Below are positions 1-7,643 of a DNA stretch of 64,000 bases, piece by piece. The first letter of the stretch is position 1. Each line of letters begins with the position of its first letter. The stretch is from Candidatus Gottesmanbacteria bacterium (GTDB taxonomy: Bacteria > Patescibacteriota > Microgenomatia > UBA10105 > UBA927), in NCBI GenBank assembly GCA_043798445.1, contig JAZDOQ010000027.1, positions 1,265 to 65,264 of the forward strand, read 5' to 3'. The notes beneath the pieces are model-generated. The model was not told the DNA's origin. It saw only the letters and a program-made list of their open reading frames with translations, and ran no database searches. The position numbers and the translations under genes are program-made.

Positions 1-205
1 GTATGATGTTAATAAGCGCGTTAGGATCCCGCTGTTGGATGGCGCGCGCGATTTCATCTTTGTGTTGTCCAAGAAGAGCGCTCAACTCTGGATAAGACCG
101 CATTTGGTAATAAACCGCAAGTGCTTGTTCTTGAGTTTCAACAACGGCCGGCCCAACAGAAACAACAAAATCCTGTGCTGTTTTTGTTGTTGTATCATCT
201 GCCAT
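1..205 (-). CDS. partial hypothetical protein; ATG at 203-205 (minus strand), ORF open to the window edge, N-terminal 68 aa only
   Basis: Reverse-complement translation MADDTTTKTAQDFVVSVGPAVVETQEQALAVYYQMRSYPELSALLGQHKDEIARAIQQRDPNALINII with no stop before the edge. It starts 19 nt downstream of the VirB4-like stop. The plus-strand ORF 35..283 in the track is probably spurious. Confidence 0.3.
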   Translation of the reverse strand, partial: MADDTTTKTAQDFVVSVGPAVVETQEQALAVYYQMRSYPELSALLGQHKDEIARAIQQRDPNALINII

Positions 206-223
206 ACGCTGTATTATACTAGG

Positions 224-2092
224 TTACTCTTTTGTTTGAGGAGTAATGGTTTCGACAGTAAACATTGGTCGTTTGTCTGTTAGTTGTTGTTCTGGAGAAG
301 CCACATTTTTTATTTGTTTCTCTTCCGCTTCCTGTGGTTTCGTTGTGGCAAGTGCATGTTCTTCCTTACTTGCGATAATGCGTATTGCGGCATGTGCTGG
401 TCCCGCAAACAACAACCCCTCTCCAATATCAGAAGAGAGCAATCTGTGTTTTTCCCCCTCGGAAAGATAAAATATTTCTGCGACTTTGTCTATGGCAGCG
501 GAAGACTGCTTGAGAAGTATTTGCATACTGCTGTTTTGAATGATGGTTTTTCCAAGATCTCCAGCAAGAAAGTCCTCAACATCCTGCGTGATTGTTGTGA
601 GGCCGAGATAGTATTTGCGGCTTCGCTTGGCAATAGAATTTAAGAATTGTGCGGAATCCGGGTATTTCATGAGATACCACGCCTCATCAACAACCAATAT
701 GCGGCGTTTTATCGTTTTCCGGATTTTTGTCCAGATAAAGTCCAAAATAAGATACATGGCAATGGGTCGAAGCTCGTCTTCAAGGTCGCGGATGGAGAAA
801 ACGGTGAGTGGGTTGGTAATTTCCATATTGGATTGTTCATCAAATATGCCAACCAAACTGCCTTTAACAAATTTTTCAATGCGGTCGGCAAGACCGCGTG
901 CAATCGGATCTTCCATACCCGTGAGGGTTTTAAACAAATCCTCCATAAGTGGCGGTTCAGCGCCCTGTGTTGCTGGATCCGGCGTTATGCCTTTTTGTTT
1001 GTAGGTAAGGACGAGCGCCCGGTCAAGGATCGCATCCTCTGTTGGAGTGAGTTTTCCCATAACCACACGGAAAAATCCATGAAGCGAGAGTATTTTTTGA
1101 TTAAGATCATTTTCTTCCGGCCCCGCGTCTTTAAGAATAGAAAGATCAAATGGATTAATTTTTGTTTTTCCTCCGAATTCGAACTGAATATATTCTCCGC
1201 CAAGTGCGTTGGTAAGTGCCTCATACTCATTTTCTGGATCAATGATGATAACTTCAGTTCCAAACATCATGCTGCGGATAACCTCAAGTTTAACCATGTA
1301 TGATTTTCCGGAGCCAGACTTTCCAAACACAACGGTGTTGGCGTTTTCCAGAGTAAACCGGTCAAAAATAACCAAGCTTTCGTTGCCTTCGTTAATACCA
1401 TATAAAATACCTTCGTTTGCGGTTAACTCCGACGTGGTGAACGGAAACGTTGTTGCAAGCGACGTCGTGTCCATATTTCTGGTGATCATGAGACGATCTT
1501 GCCCCATGGGAAGTGTTGTTTTGAAGCCCTCCTCCATCTGAAGGATGGCCTTTTTGGTAACGATCATAAGGGACGCAAGCGTTGCCTCAACCTGTTTGGT
1601 TGTTTTATCAAGCTCTTCTTTTGTCTGCGAGGGGATGGTGATATAGAGACCAAACTGGAAAAAGCGTTGTGCTCCTTTGGCAAGCTCTTGTTGAAGTCCA
1701 AGCGCATCTTCAAGTGCAACTTGTATAGAAGGCTCAATGACCCTGCCGCGCTTGAGATCTGACTGGATGGTTGCTTCCATTTCACCAACCTTACGCTTGA
1801 GATTTTCAAGAATCTCTTCTGATTTAGAAGGATATATATACATGGACACGTCTAGGGTATGATTAAACGAAATGAGTGGCTCTAACCAATTGGCGCTGAC
1901 ATACCGTGGATATCCTGCAACAAATAGTGTGCGCACGAGTTGATCTCCAATTGTTAAGAAATCAAAATCAACCTCTATTGCCGGCGGGGCAACAATATCT
2001 TTTGTGGTAAGCGGCCCTGTTGGCGTTGGGCCGCGCAACGGACTTGGTGGCTGCATTGTAACAAACGTTTTAATAACAGTTTTGATGTTCAT
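224..2092 (-). CDS. virB4: VirB4/TraC/TrbE-like type IV secretion / conjugation ATPase (short Gram-positive-like form)
   Basis: Walker A VVFGKSGSGKSYMVK and Walker B ILVVDEAWYL in a 622-aa protein. The architecture matches VirB4/TraE(pIP501)-family ATPases. Confidence 0.8.
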   Translation of the reverse strand: MNIKTVIKTFVTMQPPSPLRGPTPTGPLTTKDIVAPPAIEVDFDFLTIGDQLVRTLFVAGYPRYVSANWLEPLISFNHTLDVSMYIYPSKSEEILENLKRKVGEMEATIQSDLKRGRVIEPSIQVALEDALGLQQELAKGAQRFFQFGLYITIPSQTKEELDKTTKQVEATLASLMIVTKKAILQMEEGFKTTLPMGQDRLMITRNMDTTSLATTFPFTTSELTANEGILYGINEGNESLVIFDRFTLENANTVVFGKSGSGKSYMVKLEVIRSMMFGTEVIIIDPENEYEALTNALGGEYIQFEFGGKTKINPFDLSILKDAGPEENDLNQKILSLHGFFRVVMGKLTPTEDAILDRALVLTYKQKGITPDPATQGAEPPLMEDLFKTLTGMEDPIARGLADRIEKFVKGSLVGIFDEQSNMEITNPLTVFSIRDLEDELRPIAMYLILDFIWTKIRKTIKRRILVVDEAWYLMKYPDSAQFLNSIAKRSRKYYLGLTTITQDVEDFLAGDLGKTIIQNSSMQILLKQSSAAIDKVAEIFYLSEGEKHRLLSSDIGEGLLFAGPAHAAIRIIASKEEHALATTKPQEAEEKQIKNVASPEQQLTDKRPMFTVETITPQTKE

Positions 2093-2102
2093 AGATATGT
2101 TT

Positions 2103-2753
2103 TTATGTAGATTGTTTGTTCGGTAATGACGCTGGCATCACAACCCCCGGATTATAAAAAGAAAAAAATAGTTGTATAAGTTGGTCGTTTGTTAACTGTT
2201 GTGCTTTTAATCCGAGTTTGGAAAGAAGCCGAATTAAGTGATCGCGTTTTGGAGAAAGTGCTATGAGCGCGCGTTCGATGACATACGATTTTTGATATGG
2301 AAGACCGCTTTTTTTTGTTGAAAACAACACGCCCGGAGACACACCGAGTTCAAGGTTTGAAAAAGGAATAACAATATAAAACTTTTTATCGAGCACCTCT
2401 TTTTCCTTCACGGTTGATTCAATAAATGCGCGGTACCCGTGTATGCTGCTCGCAAGTTTAGGATTTGTTTGTTCTTTTTCTTTATCTTCAAGAAGAAGAA
2501 GATATGCACTGATGTCTTTGTGTTTTGAGCGAATCAGAATTTGAATGGGAAAGGAAAGAGAGTTGAGAATGCCTGCGTACGTATAAATCATTGACTCTTG
2601 TTCGGCGGAAGACAACAAGCTGAAATTAACCGCAGCAACACTGATAATAATCGCACACGATCCATTAGAAAATAAAACAATGTTTTGTGTAATGTCTTCA
2701 ATTTCAGTAAACTGTTGTGTTGATGCTCTGATGGGAACGACAGGTTCTGACAT
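2103..2753 (-). CDS. VirB4 N-terminal-domain-like protein encoded as a separate ORF
   Basis: The 216-aa sequence (IVLFSNGSCAIIISVAAVNFSLLSSAEQESMIYTYAGILNSLSFPIQILIRS) resembles the pre-ATPase region of Gram-positive VirB4-family proteins. Its stop (2103-2105) lies 10 nt from the VirB4-like ATG (2090-2092), in a different frame. Confidence 0.4.
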   Translation of the reverse strand: MSEPVVPIRASTQQFTEIEDITQNIVLFSNGSCAIIISVAAVNFSLLSSAEQESMIYTYAGILNSLSFPIQILIRSKHKDISAYLLLLEDKEKEQTNPKLASSIHGYRAFIESTVKEKEVLDKKFYIVIPFSNLELGVSPGVLFSTKKSGLPYQKSYVIERALIALSPKRDHLIRLLSKLGLKAQQLTNDQLIQLFFSFYNPGVVMPASLPNKQST

Positions 2754-2759
2754 AAAGTT

Positions 2760-4010
2760 TTAAGTATTTGTTGTTTGTCCAAAAATTTGTTTTGACAGGT
2801 TTTCTCTATCTATATCCCGCTTGCTTTTTGCGCCGATTTCAATTGCGGGAACAATGGTGCCATTCAGGGTAACTTGTGCCCGGTCAAATGTATATCGTCC
2901 TCTTGGATCTTCAACCTCGATGAAATACACACCATTAAGAAGTTGTGTGGATGCCGCAAATTGACCAATCTTATTGGTTTTTAGCGCGCGAAGAGGAACC
3001 CCATCTTTATCTCGTACGGTAACAAGAACACCGGGAAGCAGTCCTCCCTGGTTGTCTTTAATAATTCCGGTGACAACGTTGGTGAACGTGGTTAACCGAG
3101 GAAGGCCGGCTCGGGCCGCTGCGTCAGGCATAATAATTTTTACCGTTGGCCCCTGTGATTTTGGAGTAGTGATAATCCCGGCTGATTGGGCAGGTTTTTT
3201 GGGAGCCTGAGGAGTAATTGATTGTTTTTTCATGGTGAGAAGCTGTTCTTCTGTTTCACGTTTTTGTTTCATCATTTCTGTCATTTCTTTTTGCAGTTCC
3301 AACACGCGCGTTTCTGCTTGTGCCTTGTCGCCCAGTTCTGTTTGAAGTGACGCAATTTTATTTTGGAGGGCATCAAGTTCCGGATTTTTTTCTTGCGGCA
3401 CCACAGAAACAACGGGTTGTATCAACTGAACATGTGGAGCTTGAGTGGTGGAAGCGGCAACGCTCAATTTAGGTTTCGGGAATATGTCATCAACCCAGGA
3501 AAATAAGGAATCAAAAAAAGATTTTTTTGGTTCAGTGGGCGTTTGTGTGTAGAACCCCTGAAGTGTGGTTGCAATCGGCGTACCAGCTGTTTGTGTTGGT
3601 GGAGGCGGGGCAGAAGATAAAGCCGTACGTTGTGTTTGTGTTGTGGCGGTGACCGGATTTATCTGCGGTTCAGCCCTTGGTTGGGTTCTGTGCCACACAA
3701 ATTGTGTTGGGGCGTAGACGCTTTTTAGAAATGATAATACCCATACATCCATGGGACGTTCTTCAATGGGAACAAATGCAAACCCGATTCCCATAAGTCC
3801 AAACAATACGGTGAGCGGCCAGGTAAAAAAGAATGGAAGGGGAAGGATATAGGATAAGTAAGCGAGTATGGCTCCGGCCGCAAGGTACCCAAACTGTTTA
3901 ATCGTCATGTCGCCGATTAAACGGAACTGAAACGTCGTGACATTTTGCGGGACAGGATGTTGTTCCATAAGGACACAATCTATTGTAAAGAAGAACGACG
4001 GATCTCGCAA
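2760..4010 (-). CDS. PrgI/VirB3-like membrane hairpin fused to a Pro/Thr/Gln-rich linker, a coiled coil and a C-terminal carboxypeptidase-regulatory-like beta-sandwich domain
   Basis: The N-terminus MTIKQFGYLAAGAILAYLSYILPLPFFFTWPLTVLFGLMGIGFAFVPIEERPMDVW has two TM helices typical of PrgI/VirB3. The middle is low-complexity PT-rich followed by the coiled coil LQTELGDKAQAETRVLELQKEMTEMMKQKRETEEQ. The C-terminus GVLVTVRDKDGVPLRALKTNKIGQFAA...GVYFIEVEDPRGRYTF is CarbopepD_reg-like. Confidence 0.55.
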   Translation of the reverse strand: MRDPSFFFTIDCVLMEQHPVPQNVTTFQFRLIGDMTIKQFGYLAAGAILAYLSYILPLPFFFTWPLTVLFGLMGIGFAFVPIEERPMDVWVLSFLKSVYAPTQFVWHRTQPRAEPQINPVTATTQTQRTALSSAPPPPTQTAGTPIATTLQGFYTQTPTEPKKSFFDSLFSWVDDIFPKPKLSVAASTTQAPHVQLIQPVVSVVPQEKNPELDALQNKIASLQTELGDKAQAETRVLELQKEMTEMMKQKRETEEQLLTMKKQSITPQAPKKPAQSAGIITTPKSQGPTVKIIMPDAAARAGLPRLTTFTNVVTGIIKDNQGGLLPGVLVTVRDKDGVPLRALKTNKIGQFAASTQLLNGVYFIEVEDPRGRYTFDRAQVTLNGTIVPAIEIGAKSKRDIDRENLSKQIFGQTTNT

Positions 4011-4100
4011 GAGGAAAAAGCGCGTTAGGACCGTGAAAACTTTAATATTTTCATTTCACGAAAATAAGTGAAATTGTTTTTCTTGTGATATGATTACTTC

Positions 4101-6278
4101 ATGGACCGCGATTTTGTCGTTGTTGAAATAAAAAACACGAGAGACAGTGAAGAAACCCCACTAGCGATGGAACAAGTGTTTGCTGCAATGGGAAGCGGAA
4201 AACCACAAGGGTTGATGTCTCGATTGTTACAAGGAAAATCAAAAGAATCATGGTTGAGTTTTGAAATTGTTGCCGTTGATAGTGCAATTCATTTTTATTT
4301 GGTAACGACAAAAACCACACGTGCGTACATTGAAAGTCAATTAACTGCACAATATCCAAAACTAGCCATAACAGAAACAAAAGACGTAATATCAAGATTA
4401 TTTGAAACAGCACGTGCTGTAACACAGCTTGTGCTTGCGAGCCCCTTTTATTACCCATTAAAAACTTACAAAGACGTCAGGGACATTGATTTGCTCTCAA
4501 GTGTGCTTGGGTGTCTGGCAAAATTACATAAAGATCAGTCAGCAGCTATTCAAATTCGCGTTGTTCCAGCGGGGGCTTCATGGCAACGTCATGCCGCATC
4601 CGTTGTTTCGCACGGTATTCCAGACCCGTCGTTTCCAGGAAGAACAAAAAATCATCCCCAAGCCAGGCTTATAGAAGGAAAAACAAACCAGGTGGGGTTT
4701 CAAACAACAATTCGTGTTGTTGCGACGGGCGCCTCGCAAGAAGCAGCGCAGTCAACACTGCAAACAGTTGCGGGAACGTTTGGCGTGTTTGGGCTCGGTG
4801 AAGGAAACACGCTCGTAACGAATAAACCTGCATTTTGGCAACGGAAAAAACTTGAAACCGCGATGGTGGACCGATCCGGAGCGTTTGCTCCGAAATTTCA
4901 TGTGTTTGGTGCGTCAGAACTTGCCTCTCTTTGGCACCCCCCGGGATTACTGCTTTCAGCGATCAAAAATATTTCCTGGGGAGCAACATTAACCGGAGAA
5001 GCGCCAGAGAATCTTCCGATTGCAACAGACAACGAAGAAGACAAAAAAAAGATAAACTTTTTTGCGAGAACCGAGTTTAAGAACAAACCAACAACGTTTG
5101 GGATTAAGAGTGATGATCGTAGGAAACACTTGTATGTGGTGGGAAAAACAGGAACGGGAAAATCGACCATGATTGCAAATATGGCAATTAATGACATGCG
5201 AAATCACGAAGGAATGGCAGTTGTTGATCCACACGGAGATTTAACAGACGCGCTTCTTGACTATATTCCGTCATTCAGGCTTAATGACATTGCGTATCTT
5301 GATCCTTCAGATGTTGCACACCCGTTTCATTTAAACCCGCTGGAACTGAAAAATCCTGCACATAGAGAACTTGTTGCATCAGGAATCGTATCTATTTTTT
5401 ACAAACTCTATCACTACTCATGGGGACCGCGACTGGAATATATTTTGCGTAACTGTATTTTGACACTGCTGTACGTTCCAAACTCCACACTGTTGGCAAT
5501 TCCAGAGATTCTCACAAATGATAGATATCGGGAAAAAATAGTGATGCAGCTTCCGGATCAGGTACTGAAAAACTTTTGGATTAATGAATACAACAAGTTA
5601 TCTCCACAAATGAGAAGTGAATCCATCATGCCTATTTTAAACAAAGTAGGGCAGTTTCTGTCTTCACAAACCATTCGAAATATTGTTGGCAGCCCGAAAT
5701 CAACGATTGATCTTGAAGAAATGATGAACAAGGGAAAGATTATTCTTGTGAATTTGTCTCAAGGAAAACTCGGGGAAGACAACAGTGCGCTTCTCGGAGC
5801 CATGATCATTACCAAAATCCAACTTGCCGCCATGAATAGGGTGTATGAGGCAGAACACGCACGTAAAGATTTTTACTTATACGTTGACGAGTTTCAAAAC
5901 TTTGCAACAAGCTCGTTTATTAAAATCCTTTCTGAGGCACGAAAATACCGATTGAATCTTACGCTTGCCAATCAATATATCGGACAAATTGATGAAGACG
6001 TGCAAAACGCTATTTTTGGCAACGCAGGCTCAATTGTTTCTTTTTGTGTTGGCGCAACGGACGCCAGGCCCTTGGCGCGGGAGTTTGGACTCAAATATAA
6101 AGAAGAAGAGCTAGTGCAGCTTGGCAATTATCAAATTGTTCTCAAGCTTTCCATTGATAATCATACCTCAAGTCCGTTTTCAGCAACGACACTACCACTT
6201 CCACGGTCTCATAATCAAAGTCGTGAAAAAGTAATACGCGCAAGTCGTGAGCGGTATACGAAAACAATTGAGAAGTAA
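4101..6278 (+). CDS. virD4: VirD4/TraG/TraD-like type IV coupling-protein ATPase, without N-terminal transmembrane segment
   Basis: Walker A LYVVGKTGTGKST, VDPHGDL motif, and Walker B FYLYVDEFQNFATS. A ~300-aa N-terminal soluble domain has no obvious hydrophobic helices. Divergently oriented to the VirB4/PrgI genes. Confidence 0.7.
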   Translation: MDRDFVVVEIKNTRDSEETPLAMEQVFAAMGSGKPQGLMSRLLQGKSKESWLSFEIVAVDSAIHFYLVTTKTTRAYIESQLTAQYPKLAITETKDVISRLFETARAVTQLVLASPFYYPLKTYKDVRDIDLLSSVLGCLAKLHKDQSAAIQIRVVPAGASWQRHAASVVSHGIPDPSFPGRTKNHPQARLIEGKTNQVGFQTTIRVVATGASQEAAQSTLQTVAGTFGVFGLGEGNTLVTNKPAFWQRKKLETAMVDRSGAFAPKFHVFGASELASLWHPPGLLLSAIKNISWGATLTGEAPENLPIATDNEEDKKKINFFARTEFKNKPTTFGIKSDDRRKHLYVVGKTGTGKSTMIANMAINDMRNHEGMAVVDPHGDLTDALLDYIPSFRLNDIAYLDPSDVAHPFHLNPLELKNPAHRELVASGIVSIFYKLYHYSWGPRLEYILRNCILTLLYVPNSTLLAIPEILTNDRYREKIVMQLPDQVLKNFWINEYNKLSPQMRSESIMPILNKVGQFLSSQTIRNIVGSPKSTIDLEEMMNKGKIILVNLSQGKLGEDNSALLGAMIITKIQLAAMNRVYEAEHARKDFYLYVDEFQNFATSSFIKILSEARKYRLNLTLANQYIGQIDEDVQNAIFGNAGSIVSFCVGATDARPLAREFGLKYKEEELVQLGNYQIVLKLSIDNHTSSPFSATTLPLPRSHNQSREKVIRASRERYTKTIEK

Positions 6279-6303
6279 AGGTCAATCCTCTATACTTAGC
6301 TTC

Positions 6304-6858
6304 ATGAAGATAGGACTTTTGGGAGGCAAATTTAACCCACCACACCTGGGACACATTTTTATCGCGCAGCAATGCCTGGACTTCGGGGGATTTGATGAGG
6401 TGTGGTTTGTGCCTAATTACGGTCAAAGTTTTCATGAGCCCGTTGCGCCCGTTGAGGACAGGCTCGCAATGACAAAGTGTATGACCTTGTCTCATACCAG
6501 GGTTTCGACAATTGAGATTGATAATACGCTAGATGGGAAAACCATTCATTTGTTGCCATTTCTTCCAAAGGAACACACACACACCTTTATCATTGGATCT
6601 GACCAACTCGCAACATTCCATCTGTGGGGGGAGTACAAACGATTGTTGGCAAACCTTCCCTTTATTGTTTTTCCAAGGTATGGGTATCCAAACGAGCCCA
6701 TATATGAGCATATGCAGGTATTGTCACATCCATCTCTCATTGCAACAAATATTTCATCAAGTAAAATTAGAGAGCGGGTGAGACTAGGACTCCCCATAGA
6801 AAACTTTGTTCCTAAGGGTGTTGCGGAATATATAAAAGAACATAAATTATATTTATGA
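6304..6858 (+). CDS. nadD: nicotinate-nucleotide adenylyltransferase
   Basis: MKIGLLGGKFNPPHLGHIF (the (H/T)xGH nucleotidyltransferase motif) and C-terminal ISSSKIRE. The start was moved to the ATG at 6304; the track ORF starts at 6247. Confidence 0.85.
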   Translation: MKIGLLGGKFNPPHLGHIFIAQQCLDFGGFDEVWFVPNYGQSFHEPVAPVEDRLAMTKCMTLSHTRVSTIEIDNTLDGKTIHLLPFLPKEHTHTFIIGSDQLATFHLWGEYKRLLANLPFIVFPRYGYPNEPIYEHMQVLSHPSLIATNISSSKIRERVRLGLPIENFVPKGVAEYIKEHKLYL

Positions 6859-7628
6859 AACAGATTGATCCGGAAAAAGAAACAGAGCGGATTATTGATT
6901 TTGTAAAACAGACGTTTCAAACTGCGGGGTTTACCGATGCAGTTATTGGTCTTTCGGGTGGCGTTGACTCCGCAGTTTCCTTATGTCTTGCGACTCGTGC
7001 ACTGGGTCTAGAACACGTATATCCCATTCTTTTGCCATATGGACCTTTAAATACGCGGGGAGTCTTGGACGCGATGGAGTTAATTGAAAAAATAAAAATT
7101 CCAATGACACACGTTGTGCGGATTGATATTAAACCAGCAGTTGATGCGATTGTTAGAATTGATCCATTTATGGATTGTATAAGAAAAGGAAATATCATGG
7201 CTCGTGTCCGCATGACCTATTTATTTGATCAAGCCAAAAAACACCATGCGCTTGTCATGGGAACGGAAAACAAAAGTGAGCATGAACTTGGATATTTTAC
7301 ACGGTTTGGTGATGAGGCAAGTGATGTAGAGCCGATTGTGCATTTATACAAAACACAAGTGGTCGAACTTGCCAGGTTTTTAGAAATTCCTCAATCAATT
7401 ATTATGAAACCACCATCAGCTGATCTCTGGCCAGAACAAACAGACGAGGGGGAGTTGGGATTTACATATAAAGAAGCAGATGAAATTCTTTTTCAGTTGA
7501 TTGATGGAAAGATGGGAAAAGAAGAAACCTCAAATATCTTTGAAAAAGATATGGTAATAAAAATTAGTACCCGCATGAAACAAAACAGATTTAAAAACAA
7601 GCTTCCTTATTCGTTAAGTATGCTATAA
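6855..7628 (+). CDS. nadE: NH3-dependent NAD+ synthetase
   Basis: PP-loop IGLSGGVDSAV, 257 aa, overlapping nadD by 4 nt (translational coupling). Confidence 0.85.
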   Translation: MKQIDPEKETERIIDFVKQTFQTAGFTDAVIGLSGGVDSAVSLCLATRALGLEHVYPILLPYGPLNTRGVLDAMELIEKIKIPMTHVVRIDIKPAVDAIVRIDPFMDCIRKGNIMARVRMTYLFDQAKKHHALVMGTENKSEHELGYFTRFGDEASDVEPIVHLYKTQVVELARFLEIPQSIIMKPPSADLWPEQTDEGELGFTYKEADEILFQLIDGKMGKEETSNIFEKDMVIKISTRMKQNRFKNKLPYSLSML

Positions 7629-7643
7629 TTTTAGAAAATACCT

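Noticed and set aside
35-283. 82-aa plus-strand ORF at the window start
   Set aside because: Composition is odd (CCFCCCIIC) and it overlaps the 3' end of the VirB4-like gene. The opposite strand carries a better partial ORF starting at ATG 203-205 that continues past the window edge.
246-1762. Several 70-220-aa plus-strand ORFs (246-470, 284-643, 615-1004, 647-1303, 1209-1541, 1499-1762) inside the VirB4-like gene
   Set aside because: Antisense shadow ORFs of a well-supported 622-aa ATPase gene, with no motifs.
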